This document shows, in pieces, positions 1 to 9,294 of a DNA stretch of 64,000 nucleotides (positions are counted from its first letter, which is position 1; every line of letters starts with the position of its first letter). Under the pieces are notes generated by a model. It saw nothing but the letters and a program-made list of their open reading frames with translations. It was not told the origin of the DNA and searched no databases. The translations under genes were made by a program, and so were the position numbers. Where the stretch lies: positions 62,001 to 126,000 of the IMG/VR virus record IMGVR_UViG_3300037294_000266. The stretch is one strand, 5' to 3'.

Positions 1-777
1 GACCGACAGTGTAGATTTCTTCCAGAAAGGAGAACGCCCGTGGTATTTGTCAGGCTGAGGGAATGGAGCATAACCAGCTGGTATTTCCCCGGTACGATAA
101 CGGCCAAGTGATGTCTTTGAAACTTTAAGATAATCGGCTGCGGCTGCCGCTGTTAGCAGATCATCGTAGTCTGTTGCACCCCTAGTGAAATGAGTACTAC
201 ATAAAGAGACATCTTCGCGAATTGCTTCTTGCCATTGACGCATGACCGCTGCTCTTACTTTGTCTGATAGCAATGCAGTGGCGCGTCCAACGCGTTGATA
301 GAGATGCTCCATCAAACGTTCATAAGTGACAATAGTTCCTTCGTCGATAATGCTGCCATTGATTAACACTCCTGCCTGTGGCTTTCCAAGGGCACGGAGC
401 ATTGTTACGCTGTCTATCTTCATGGCAAGTTGGACGGATGTCTTAAACTCCATGATAAGCGTTTGATGTCCAGGAGGTCCAAAGACCTCGTGGTTGTCGC
501 CGTGAACACGCATGACCCCAGTGATTGCTTTGACCACCTTCAAATCGTGTTCCAGTGAACTAAGAATGCGTGACTGATCTTTCAAATCCACCAATCCTTC
601 AGGTGGGTGCTTAAGATCAAAGATAACTATCGTGGATGATGCATTAGTCAGGTAGTCGGAGCGGCTAAACGCGACGCGGTCGCCCAGTGATGATGGCTTG
701 TAGATGCACTCGACTATATCTTTTTCGTTATTGTAATAGTAACCATAGGGACGAGATATTTCTTCATTGATACACAT
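1..777 (-). CDS. Protein with C-terminal AlpA/excisionase-like HTH (partial, runs off window)
   Basis: Open frame from ATG 777 to base 1, absent from the ORF track because no stop is in the window. It ends DDLLTAAAAADYLKVSKTSLGRYRTGEIPAGYAPFPQPDKYHGRSPFWKKSTL, an HTH_17/AlpA pattern. Confidence 0.7.
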   Translation of the reverse strand, partial: MCINEEISRPYGYYYNNEKDIVECIYKPSSLGDRVAFSRSDYLTNASSTIVIFDLKHPPEGLVDLKDQSRILSSLEHDLKVVKAITGVMRVHGDNHEVFGPPGHQTLIMEFKTSVQLAMKIDSVTMLRALGKPQAGVLINGSIIDEGTIVTYERLMEHLYQRVGRATALLSDKVRAAVMRQWQEAIREDVSLCSTHFTRGATDYDDLLTAAAAADYLKVSKTSLGRYRTGEIPAGYAPFPQPDKYHGRSPFWKKSTLSV

Positions 778-807
778 GGGTTAATCTCTGATGGTAATAG
801 CACATGA

Positions 808-1056
808 CTATTGCGGGAACAATTCCACCATATCGCCAGCAAATGTTCGACACATCACGGACGTCACCGTGGTTGGATCGAGACCGTAGTCTTTCATGGC
901 AGCTGCAATAACAGTGCCACATGACCAGTCTGGGAATGCGGATACCTTAAATCGAAACCAGTAGTCTGTTTTATAGTGGTAGACGAAGTCTTCACCTCGC
1001 ACCACTATATCAAAACTAGCAGACGCTACCGGCACTACCGGTATCAGTTCTATCAT
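808..1056 (-). CDS. Hypothetical protein
   Basis: 82-aa ORF in a tightly packed co-oriented run. Confidence 0.55.
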   Translation of the reverse strand: MIELIPVVPVASASFDIVVRGEDFVYHYKTDYWFRFKVSAFPDWSCGTVIAAAMKDYGLDPTTVTSVMCRTFAGDMVELFPQ

Positions 1057-1438
1057 ACTTACTCCACCAAAGGTCAGGATCTTTAGTCATCAATAACCCC
1101 ACCTTCTTCATCCCGAACAGGTCGACTATTCTAACGAATGTACGATAAGTAATCAACGCGTCCAAGAGCAGAGTTTGCGGGATATCTCCCTTTGAGACTA
1201 TGTATTGTAAGTACATCCATACACGGTCTCGTTTGACATGACGACTCGAGTAAACGGCCTTGAAAGCAGCTTCTTCTACCGACATCGAACCTGCATGTTT
1301 GTACATACCATGAAGTGCTTTCCATGTCTCTGTCGTTTGTATATCGACTTCAAAAGCTTCGAATATGGCGTAGAGATCATGTTTAGCTCGATGGAAGAAC
1401 CAGATGTCTTTAAGATATTCACGGATACTTGAAAGCAT
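1016..1438 (-). CDS. Hypothetical protein
   Basis: 140-aa ORF with GGAG upstream. Confidence 0.65.
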   Translation of the reverse strand: MLSSIREYLKDIWFFHRAKHDLYAIFEAFEVDIQTTETWKALHGMYKHAGSMSVEEAAFKAVYSSRHVKRDRVWMYLQYIVSKGDIPQTLLLDALITYRTFVRIVDLFGMKKVGLLMTKDPDLWWSKYDRTDTGSAGSVC

Positions 1439-1447
1439 AAGTTTCTC

Positions 1448-1768
1448 CTAGAAGTAACATTCCTTACCTAGGTTGGAAAGGTCAGTGGTGTAAGGTTGGA
1501 ACTGGGAACTGCCAGGTCCTTCTGAACGCGGGGTGACACTGGCCAGGAAACCCATTGCCATCGGGAGCGCTGATTGAGGATTGAGGACAATTGCGTTAAT
1601 CAGCATTGCCTGGTCATCATACCCGTTGAGGTAGTATGCCTTGCCGATTTTGAATTTACTGATGTCAAGTTCAGTCAGTGCCTTGGCCTTCTTCAACTGG
1701 GCCTTTAACTGAGAGGTGATGGAGAACATACCACGGACATCAAGTACTTCTTCGTTGTCATCACTCAT
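1448..1768 (-). CDS. Hypothetical protein
   Basis: 106 aa, ATGA overlap with the upstream gene. Confidence 0.65.
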   Translation of the reverse strand: MSDDNEEVLDVRGMFSITSQLKAQLKKAKALTELDISKFKIGKAYYLNGYDDQAMLINAIVLNPQSALPMAMGFLASVTPRSEGPGSSQFQPYTTDLSNLGKECYF

Positions 1769-2394
1769 TTCTTTCTTCCTATTGGGAATTGACGTTTATC
1801 ACCGCGAACACGATGAGGGATTCGCTCACGCCGAGGTATCTTGACATTGGCGTCAAGGCCGAACACTTGATGAGTGAGTTCGTTATACATGTCGCCGTGC
1901 ATTCTTAGCAATTCGTCCAGATTATTCTTAGGGGGCTCATATGAATTGACGAGCACGATGTCCGGCAGTCCTTTGAGTAGTTCTATTAACCGCTGATGCA
2001 TCACATTACTTTTACCGCCGCCTGCGACAAGTACGCTTACAGGCGCCCTTACTGGGTTACGTGCAATGTGCTGCTTCAGCATACCGATGTACTCACGTGC
2101 TTGATAGTGAGTTAATTCGGGCACCAATGTGTCTACACAGTCGGAGTAACGAAGCCATGTGGATTCGTCAGTACCTGTGAAATCCCCGAGATTGTCTTCA
2201 ATCATTTCACGCCAAGGCTCGTATAGTCCTACCAACGGCGCAAATTGATTGAACGTGACCTGAGTACAGCCTTCACGGTAGTGGCGCTCTTGACGTTTCT
2301 GTTCAACGCTGGTTACGTCAACCACCCCTGCTGGGATTAGCTTCCATTTCCATTCAAGGAATTCTTCCAACCCCGTTCCTGGAAATGTATTCAT
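1765..2394 (-). CDS. Hypothetical protein
   Basis: 209 aa, ATGA overlap. Confidence 0.7.
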   Translation of the reverse strand: MNTFPGTGLEEFLEWKWKLIPAGVVDVTSVEQKRQERHYREGCTQVTFNQFAPLVGLYEPWREMIEDNLGDFTGTDESTWLRYSDCVDTLVPELTHYQAREYIGMLKQHIARNPVRAPVSVLVAGGGKSNVMHQRLIELLKGLPDIVLVNSYEPPKNNLDELLRMHGDMYNELTHQVFGLDANVKIPRRERIPHRVRGDKRQFPIGRKK

Positions 2395-2897
2395 ACCGCA
2401 TGTACTCGTTTGATAAGGAGCCAGCCTGCTTGCAAGGTCTGATCAAGTTCCGATGCATACAAATCCTTTTCAGACTGGGTGTACGTATGGTACTGGCTGC
2501 AGAACCGTCGATCGAGCATACGCTTGAGAGAATAGTCTCCCTGAGCGATCTCTACCTCAAGTTCTTTAGCATGCGGGCCGACCTGACCTTCGGCATCCTT
2601 GATGTGTTTATATTCGGCAAGGAGTTTAAGTCCCCAATCCAATGACAGTTCTTCCTCGCCACTGATGGTTTCGACCAGCTTGAGATCGATATCAGGAAGG
2701 ATGGTCGACATCAACGACAAATCACGCTCAGTGCTCAACTGATAACGGGATGGATGACCTGTACTGCGAGATTTAATTTCCATCTCATCAAAGACGACAC
2801 TAACTGCATCAAAAATAGCTTGCCTGTGGTCTTTGGTAATGGTAGTGAAATCCAAGCCATTGCCTTTGTAACTGAGGTCGTATATCAAGTAAGCCAT
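2391..2897 (-). CDS. Hypothetical protein
   Basis: 168 aa, operon-like packing. Confidence 0.7.
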   Translation of the reverse strand: MAYLIYDLSYKGNGLDFTTITKDHRQAIFDAVSVVFDEMEIKSRSTGHPSRYQLSTERDLSLMSTILPDIDLKLVETISGEEELSLDWGLKLLAEYKHIKDAEGQVGPHAKELEVEIAQGDYSLKRMLDRRFCSQYHTYTQSEKDLYASELDQTLQAGWLLIKRVHAV

Positions 2898-2907
2898 GCG
2901 TCATTCC

Positions 2908-3417
2908 CTATTCAATACGGTTCTTGGATTTAGACACGCGATCAAGCCATCCCTTACGATAGTCTCTCTGACGCTTCTTAACGAGACGCGAAGCTTCGCG
3001 CGGATCGTTTTGGATAGCCGCCAATTCAGTCCGACTGATGGCAAATTCACCAAGTAGTTCGCAGATTTGATTCTTGTCGAAGAACTCCTGCGAGGAGTCG
3101 TCAGGTCTGGCGTTACACTGGTCTCTCGTCACGCCGGTGAATTCCAAGAGAGCTTCGATCAACGATGATCCAATACCTTGCCTGCGATATTCTTCCGCTA
3201 CAAAAACCTGGACAAGCTTAGTGCGCTTGGTAAATGCAGCACATCCAACATACTTACCATCCACCATAGCGCCTACGATCCGATGTCGCCCGATATTGCC
3301 GCCATCCCAGACATCATCCAACGCTGAATGAAGAGGGCTCATGCGCCCTCTATTCAACTTAGCGTCTAGACAACCTGCGGCGATGGCTACCTGATCATTG
3401 TAAAGGATTTCCATCAA
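2908..3417 (-). CDS. GNAT-family acetyltransferase
   Basis: Acetyl-CoA motif A: VFVAEEYRRQGIGSSLIEAL. Confidence 0.85.
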   Translation of the reverse strand: MMEILYNDQVAIAAGCLDAKLNRGRMSPLHSALDDVWDGGNIGRHRIVGAMVDGKYVGCAAFTKRTKLVQVFVAEEYRRQGIGSSLIEALLEFTGVTRDQCNARPDDSSQEFFDKNQICELLGEFAISRTELAAIQNDPREASRLVKKRQRDYRKGWLDRVSKSKNRIE

Positions 3418-3430
3418 CTGCTCCTTGCCG

Positions 3431-4612
3431 TTAGGCTTTGGTCACTACGTACGTTTTCATAATCCGACCGCCTTCATCACGATTAACAACCACCTCAGGG
3501 ATCCATACACGCTCACCACTGGCCAATGTTCTCCAGTGTGCAATACGGGTGTGTTCACGAGGCGCGGCGTGTGTATCGCCCTGCCACGGCGTCTTACCTG
3601 CCTTTGGTTTACCGATCACATAACGGACTATGTTGAAACCGTCAGCCAATGCCGCTGGCGGCACAGGTATCGATTCATTACCAGGACCACGATATTGATT
3701 AGTTGTCTCAACCCCTTCACTTTCAAGTGCCTTTATAAGTCCAACCAAAGTCAGTACGTTGGCTCGTATTTGCTCTCTAGAGATGGACTGGTCATCGACC
3801 TTCGATGTGATGTCGAGTGGTTCACCTTCGTGTTTAATGATAAGTCCGGTACCAATGACGTTAACGTCATCGACAGCATCAACGGTAGCAAACTCAATGA
3901 AGACTTCATGATCATTGAGTTTGCTAACCACCATCACCTGCGGCGTTTTATCATCGCCCATCTTTAACATGAACTTAACGTACGGTAGTTTGAGGTCTAT
4001 TGGATCGTTCTCAATAGATAACTCGTGGGTAAATAACTCAGGATCCATGATGAAGATCGTTGGAATTGCTGCTACCTGGTCAGCGAGAGTTTGTTCTTTT
4101 ACAGGCGGAGCTCCATTGACCAGATAGTCTACAATGGATCGCATCGCTCCTCGATACAGATCGTCTTGATCAGACCAGCCGTCGATAGTGGCAATGTAGG
4201 GTTCTGGAATAGAGGGGAACTCAGAACGAACTCCGGTACCGGCGATACGAATTTTCCCGCTGTCTTTCTCAAGGAACTGGAACATCACAGCGCCGCAGGT
4301 ATGTAGTCGCACTACAACCTCTTTCACAATACCGCCGATGTTTACTTTGAAGACAGTAACTTCGGTAAGGTTCACTCGCCCCTTAGGAACAGATTCTTCT
4401 AGGTCTTCACGAGCTGTGAAACTAATGTTCTTGAGACCGTTGAGTGTTTTACGCAAGACTCCGATCTTATCTTTGAGAATCAGACGAGCTTTACGCCGAT
4501 CCCATTTCATGAGAATGGCGTCGTTCTGCTGTTGCCGGCGACTGAATGCTTCTTCACGACTAAGACTAGCGCCGGTGTTAAGATGTACCCGTTCGTGTAA
4601 TTGAATTTCCAC
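3431..4612 (-). CDS. Hypothetical phage protein, 393 aa
   Basis: Start revised to GTG 4612 behind GGAGG (4617-4621). C-terminal PREHTRIAHWRTLASGERVWIP motif recurs in uncharacterised phage proteins. Confidence 0.75.
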   Translation of the reverse strand: MEIQLHERVHLNTGASLSREEAFSRRQQQNDAILMKWDRRKARLILKDKIGVLRKTLNGLKNISFTAREDLEESVPKGRVNLTEVTVFKVNIGGIVKEVVVRLHTCGAVMFQFLEKDSGKIRIAGTGVRSEFPSIPEPYIATIDGWSDQDDLYRGAMRSIVDYLVNGAPPVKEQTLADQVAAIPTIFIMDPELFTHELSIENDPIDLKLPYVKFMLKMGDDKTPQVMVVSKLNDHEVFIEFATVDAVDDVNVIGTGLIIKHEGEPLDITSKVDDQSISREQIRANVLTLVGLIKALESEGVETTNQYRGPGNESIPVPPAALADGFNIVRYVIGKPKAGKTPWQGDTHAAPREHTRIAHWRTLASGERVWIPEVVVNRDEGGRIMKTYVVTKA

Positions 4613-4652
4613 GATGCCTCCATTATTCGGTTTGGTTATGCTATCATCGATA

Positions 4653-4659
4653 TAATGTA
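4653..4659 (-). promoter_or_regulatory. Candidate phage promoter motif TACATTA (representative copy)
   Basis: The same heptamer, behind an AT-rich tract, lies just upstream of minus-strand gene starts at 4653, 9968, 21798, 27369, 58890, 62193 and 62205. Confidence 0.5.
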
Positions 4660-4688
4660 CGACTAAAATAAAATGCAATCAGGTGATA

Positions 4689-4713
4689 GGAGAGGTGGGT
4701 TCCCCACCTCTCC
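4689..4713. terminator. Intergenic stem-loop
   Basis: GGAGAGGTGGG-TTC-CCCACCTCTCC, 11-bp perfect stem. Confidence 0.7.
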
Positions 4714-4721
4714 ATTATGGC

Positions 4722-5102
4722 CTATGCAAGCTTCTCGAGGCTATCAAGAAGCATATTGAATATCGCTTCCCAGCCATCGGGTAGCGTATGACGGTAACGA
4801 GAACTGTAATCGAGGAGATACATTCCAGGACTTTCTACCATGATGACGATATTGTCAGACGGTAGAGGTATTCTCACGTTAGGATCTAAACATGAAAGCG
4901 TCACCACCAATGAGCCCGGCATGCTCGCTTGATAATGTCGCCCGTTATGAATGGACTTACTCCCACTTGCCTTAAATGCATTCAATACGAACCAAATGCC
5001 TTCAGCTCTTTGAGAAAACGTAACTTCATCGGGGATGTTTGTTGGGTCGATGGCTAAGACCCGGAAAGCCATCTTGTCCTTTGGATCATCGATAGTCATC
5101 AC
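4722..5102 (-). CDS. Hypothetical protein
   Basis: 126 aa, GTGA overlap. Confidence 0.65.
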   Translation of the reverse strand: MMTIDDPKDKMAFRVLAIDPTNIPDEVTFSQRAEGIWFVLNAFKASGSKSIHNGRHYQASMPGSLVVTLSCLDPNVRIPLPSDNIVIMVESPGMYLLDYSSRYRHTLPDGWEAIFNMLLDSLEKLA

Positions 5103-5743
5103 GCCTCCCTATCAGTTACGTAGTCCAACATTGCGTCAAAGAACTTCTCAGCTTCAACCGCCCACGTCCGTTTACCGGCTTGGGTGAACAGCTCAGCATT
5201 GGATAGAAACACTCGCTGACCGGTGCACATTTCGTTATAACCGATGTTACGCCCTAAGGCAACTTGCATCTCAGAACGCAACGCTTCCAGCACAATGGCA
5301 GGATCGCCCGACATTGTAGTGTACAGGAGATCGGCATCTCGCAGTATCTTCTCAAGATGGTTCTTGGGAGGATTTACAAACGGGAACTGGGTACAGAAGA
5401 TTGCTGAATCGACTGCTTTGTAAACACAGTCTGGAAATTCAATAACCGACTTATCCATAAACGCCTTAGCATGCTCACGAGCCACTGTGACATTAACGTC
5501 ATCGGTTGTTTTACCAGCACTGTGGCCCCAGTCGTGTAATGATGCTGCGATCACGAGCACTGGTCCGATCCACTCTTCGGGTACAGCGACATCAGTTACG
5601 TGTTGTTTCTCCCTGGTCAATATCCAGCAGGCGATATCGCACACCTTGACCATGTGGACTGTGTTATGGTAGGGAGCTGATTTACTAGGGTTGCTTTTGA
5701 GTTCTTCGAGGAGCTCAGTGCTTAGGGTCTTACCGATATCCAT
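5099..5743 (-). CDS. HD-superfamily phosphohydrolase
   Basis: PYHNTVH...SLHDWGH...LRDADL. Start revised to 5743 (GGAG SD, no overlap). Confidence 0.85.
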   Translation of the reverse strand: MDIGKTLSTELLEELKSNPSKSAPYHNTVHMVKVCDIACWILTREKQHVTDVAVPEEWIGPVLVIAASLHDWGHSAGKTTDDVNVTVAREHAKAFMDKSVIEFPDCVYKAVDSAIFCTQFPFVNPPKNHLEKILRDADLLYTTMSGDPAIVLEALRSEMQVALGRNIGYNEMCTGQRVFLSNAELFTQAGKRTWAVEAEKFFDAMLDYVTDREA

Positions 5744-5759
5744 GTCATCTCCTTTATAA

Positions 5760-6113
5760 TCAATGGTATTTGAAAACCAATGGCAGTCGATAAGTGACTC
5801 TGACACCAGCGCCGTTGCAATAGGTGACATCGATACCTACTTCGCCAGCTTCACCGCTACCAGCTGCAAAGGTAATGCATATACCGGCATCATCAAGCAT
5901 GTCTTTAGCAAACGACCAGAAGTTACAGGCTCTCTGAGTGTTCACGTAGGCCATGTTGTCAGCAGGGAATAGCACTCGATGGATGTGTTGCGCAAGTCCA
6001 TCGATGCTGTTGTCGGCAACCAATGAAGCTTTTCCAGATTTATGAAGTCGCAGAAGAAATTCAAATAACGTCCTCTGCTCTCTGGTGAGAAACTCTACGT
6101 CAGACGTCATCAA
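5760..6113 (-). CDS. Hypothetical protein
   Basis: 117 aa in operon. Confidence 0.65.
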   Translation of the reverse strand: MMTSDVEFLTREQRTLFEFLLRLHKSGKASLVADNSIDGLAQHIHRVLFPADNMAYVNTQRACNFWSFAKDMLDDAGICITFAAGSGEAGEVGIDVTYCNGAGVRVTYRLPLVFKYH

Positions 6114-6304
6114 TAATGCCTCATCTTGCCATTACGGGCACGGTGGTAGAATGGTTGCGAGACCAGTTTGGGATTAGTGCGTTCGCCGTGATCAGCTTTG
6201 CTAGTACTGTTACGACGACGCATCTCTTCTTCAGAGGTGTCGTCAACGGCTTCGGGTTCGTAATAGTACATGTGTGAATAATTGAAGTCTCGTCCGGTAT
6301 TCAT
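6110..6304 (-). CDS. Hypothetical protein
   Basis: 64 aa, GGAGG SD. Confidence 0.65.
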   Translation of the reverse strand: MNTGRDFNYSHMYYYEPEAVDDTSEEEMRRRNSTSKADHGERTNPKLVSQPFYHRARNGKMRHY

Positions 6305-6313
6305 ACTGACCTC

Positions 6314-7027
6314 CTACTTACCGTCCTTTACAATGACCCACTTGTAAAAGCCGATGAATGAATTGATAGTGAACACTGTCCACATTACGACAATAGGCAT
6401 CGACCCTTCTCCATCAAGTGCAGGAAGCACCCACATGTAGATACAGAACAGATTGGCGGTTATCCAGAAGAACCACTGCTCAGCGTAATGTTTAACCATC
6501 AGCACAGTCCCAACTAGAGACAGTACGAGCATCGCTGCATCTGCGTAAGGATACGGATTGTCAGTATGGACTGCGAAATAATAGTGGACGATGCTGATGA
6601 AGAATACTGTCAGTCCACTGACTATAATCATCATACGACGAGTAAGAACATTGACTTTGACTTCGACGTCAAGACCATTAGACTCACCCATCGATTTATA
6701 CCACGTCCACCAGCCCCAGAACTGCGCACCAACGAACAATACGTTCAGAGATGCTGTACCGTACAACTTAGCATTGAACGCCACTACAGCCATGCCTACG
6801 ACGCCCACCATCCCCCAGTAGAAGTTGGACAAGCGACCCTTAGCGACTAACAGCACACAAACCACGTTAGCGATGGCCGTAACGATGTCGAGAGTGTTAC
6901 TTTCCATCAAGAGGGTGGACAGAATGATAGCGCCCACGGCTACTGCCAGCCACAGGCGATCCATGACACCCCAGCCTTTGAAGTCGCTCCAGATACTGTT
7001 CAGGCCTACTTGAATTGCTTCTTTCAT
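6314..7027 (-). CDS. pnuC: Nicotinamide riboside transporter PnuC
   Basis: Multi-TM protein with KGRLSNFYWG, GWWTW, PYADA and EQWFFWITAN motifs. Located next to nadR. Confidence 0.9.
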   Translation of the reverse strand: MKEAIQVGLNSIWSDFKGWGVMDRLWLAVAVGAIILSTLLMESNTLDIVTAIANVVCVLLVAKGRLSNFYWGMVGVVGMAVVAFNAKLYGTASLNVLFVGAQFWGWWTWYKSMGESNGLDVEVKVNVLTRRMMIIVSGLTVFFISIVHYYFAVHTDNPYPYADAAMLVLSLVGTVLMVKHYAEQWFFWITANLFCIYMWVLPALDGEGSMPIVVMWTVFTINSFIGFYKWVIVKDGK

Positions 7028-7185
7028 TTAGCGTTCCTGCCTTTAAGTGAAAGTTTCCGAATGCTTTCTCTCCATGCTAATTTCTTAGTTAGAGAGAAGT
7101 TCTGATATTTCCGACGCATCTTAATTTTGAAGCTAGGGTGTATGATTCGGAAAACATATTCTTTCTTCATGGTAAGATTTTTCAC
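7024..7185 (-). CDS. Small basic protein (53 aa) between nadR and pnuC
   Basis: GGAGG followed by GTG at 7185. Stop overlaps the pnuC ATG (ATGA). Below the ORF-track cutoff. Confidence 0.5.
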   Translation of the reverse strand: MKNLTMKKEYVFRIIHPSFKIKMRRKYQNFSLTKKLAWRESIRKLSLKGRNAK

Positions 7186-7208
7186 ACGACCTCCACGAAA
7201 TACAATGT

Positions 7209-8321
7209 TTAGATGTTGTAGTCGGACATGTAATCGTCGATGATCGAGACGGCTTCCATGTAACGCTTGTTGAAGTTATCAGACTCGATGGTGTAGGTAT
7301 ACTCCGGAGTCTGGTTAGGATATTCGACCAGCATGTTCTGGAACAGATCCCAGGTCTTGGTGCGGTTCGGATTGCTGCGCATGCCATCGTCTACCCACGG
7401 CACATTGTCTCGCAGAATGATAACCAGGTCGTAGTTTTCAGACCGGGCAATTGCCGAGACCACTGGATTCGAACAACCTTCGTAGAGTCTGTGGTAGAAC
7501 TCGGTGATTAATGCGTTCGTGTCAACCAGGCAAATTCGATTGGCAGACCGCATTGCTTTCTCTTCCAGGTGCTTATGACGATACGCAATCAACGGGTAGT
7601 CAGAACTACGCAACGTAGCCTCACTGCCAGCCAACTCAGTCTCGACATAGACACGACCGTACTCCTCTACCCATGAAGTATTGAAGTATTTGGCCAGTGC
7701 TCTTACCAAGGTGGTCTTGCCTGTGGATTCCGTACCGAGGATCACCACCTTGCGAGTGTAATCGCGGCGTACAATGGACGGCAGATACTCCCAATTGGCG
7801 TAAAGGTTTTCACGTACCTTGGTTGCTGAGATAGGCATGGTAGTACGATGGGCATCAACCACTTCATGGCTGACGTACGGGAGATACTTCTTGTAGTTCT
7901 CATCGTAGTCAACTTCACTGCTGAAGATAGCAGCTGTCCTGGCCGTACGTTGGAAACTCACTTCTACCTTTCGATTCTCGAGACATATTGGTGATTTATC
8001 CGCAGCCAAGTGACCGTTAATCAATTTACCTAACATCCCAGCGTACGCTTCCCAGCCATTGGGATACTGGGGGATTTCAGATTCATCGATTACAGCGACT
8101 TCGATGTGCTTGTCTTGTGCGAAGGTCTGCTGTAACCACCGCAGCCGGTTCTTCAATGCCAGGACTTCACGATCACGAGGCCGCTGGGAATCTACCCAAC
8201 GCTGATCGTGACTGAGTACCACAATGACTTTCTTAGCCTTGGTAGCTGCCTGGTTAATGAGCATGATGTGCCCACGAGTCAGTGGGGCAAACTTACCCAC
8301 CACAAATCCTAAATCGTACAT
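7209..8321 (-). CDS. nadR: NadR-type bifunctional NMN adenylyltransferase / nicotinamide riboside kinase (no repressor HTH)
   Basis: GKFAPLTRGH (HxGH-like), ISATKVR, P-loop GTESTGKTTL, DTN, VPWVDDGMR. Start at 8321 with GAGG SD. Confidence 0.92.
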   Translation of the reverse strand: MYDLGFVVGKFAPLTRGHIMLINQAATKAKKVIVVLSHDQRWVDSQRPRDREVLALKNRLRWLQQTFAQDKHIEVAVIDESEIPQYPNGWEAYAGMLGKLINGHLAADKSPICLENRKVEVSFQRTARTAAIFSSEVDYDENYKKYLPYVSHEVVDAHRTTMPISATKVRENLYANWEYLPSIVRRDYTRKVVILGTESTGKTTLVRALAKYFNTSWVEEYGRVYVETELAGSEATLRSSDYPLIAYRHKHLEEKAMRSANRICLVDTNALITEFYHRLYEGCSNPVVSAIARSENYDLVIILRDNVPWVDDGMRSNPNRTKTWDLFQNMLVEYPNQTPEYTYTIESDNFNKRYMEAVSIIDDYMSDYNI

Positions 8322-8373
8322 GCTAATTCCTCTGATGACATAGAGCACAGGGACGTCCCTGTGCTCTATGTAT

Positions 8374-8850
8374 TTATAACGTAGTGACAGTGATCTTTCC
8401 AATGTCTAACGTCGCTTCAAAATCACGATGCCAGAGTTTATGGAATTCGGCTTTCTTAGAAATCATGGAGAGTAAGTAACATGCATACGCACGCTCTGCA
8501 CTTCCCATGTCACTTCGCTCAATTCCAAACATGCCGTTATTGCGAGTCACAAGAACCGTTCTAAGGAATGTATTCCGTAACTCAAACGTAAGCTTTATGA
8601 CGTCGTGTTCGAGGAGCAGCGGTGAAATGTCCTGACCGTCCAAGTGCTTCCACATGGAATTCAAGACAGGACCTGCTCGACACACCTTACCTTTATATCC
8701 ACCCAACCAGGTCGATGCAATGTGCAGTTCGCTTAATAACACCTGCTCTGCTAGACGCCCTGGACTGTAGATACACTGACCACTTGGATCAAACCCAATG
8801 CATTTGAACACTCGGTTAAGTCGCTTGAAGAATTCTTCACGATCGTCCAT
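8374..8850 (-). CDS. Hypothetical protein
   Basis: Start revised to MDDREEFF. Confidence 0.65.
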   Translation of the reverse strand: MDDREEFFKRLNRVFKCIGFDPSGQCIYSPGRLAEQVLLSELHIASTWLGGYKGKVCRAGPVLNSMWKHLDGQDISPLLLEHDVIKLTFELRNTFLRTVLVTRNNGMFGIERSDMGSAERAYACYLLSMISKKAEFHKLWHRDFEATLDIGKITVTTL

Positions 8851-8851
8851 G

Positions 8852-9064
8852 TCAGGTCCTCGGGATCTTGACAACGATAATGACATCGTCGTCAGTGGTC
8901 TCCACGGTGGTAGTTGAACTCATCTCGAGACGCAGCTGAGCCAGGTTCATGGCAATGTTGCAGACGACATCGTGAGCGTCGGTCTGTTCTTCTAGACCAG
9001 CGTCCTCAATGAGAACTTCAACCAGTTCATCTACATTGCCATCGATGCACAGTACCGTACTCAT
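8852..9064 (-). CDS. Hypothetical acidic protein
   Basis: Start revised to the ATGA overlap. Confidence 0.6.
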   Translation of the reverse strand: MSTVLCIDGNVDELVEVLIEDAGLEEQTDAHDVVCNIAMNLAQLRLEMSSTTTVETTDDDVIIVVKIPRT

Positions 9065-9294
9065 GAATTCCATCCGTTTGGCAAGCATCGAGTAAGAGCC
9101 TGTTGAAATTCTCCATCTATCGCCAACGCATTGGCAATTTCAGTGAGTGTATCAAGAGAGCCAGGCATGTCCAGACCCCCTGCTACCATTTCAGGACCCG
9201 ATGATTTAATTACAGGGACTGTGACGCCGCAGGCTGGGAGGACACTGGCAACGGTTCCAATTCCAACCATTCTAAGAAAGTTTCTACGGTACAT
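9061..9294 (-). CDS. Small protein with twin-arginine signal and lipobox
   Basis: MYRRNFLRMVGIGTVASVLPAC: RRxFL motif, hydrophobic stretch, L-P-A-C. Confidence 0.6.
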   Translation of the reverse strand: MYRRNFLRMVGIGTVASVLPACGVTVPVIKSSGPEMVAGGLDMPGSLDTLTEIANALAIDGEFQQALTRCLPNGWNS

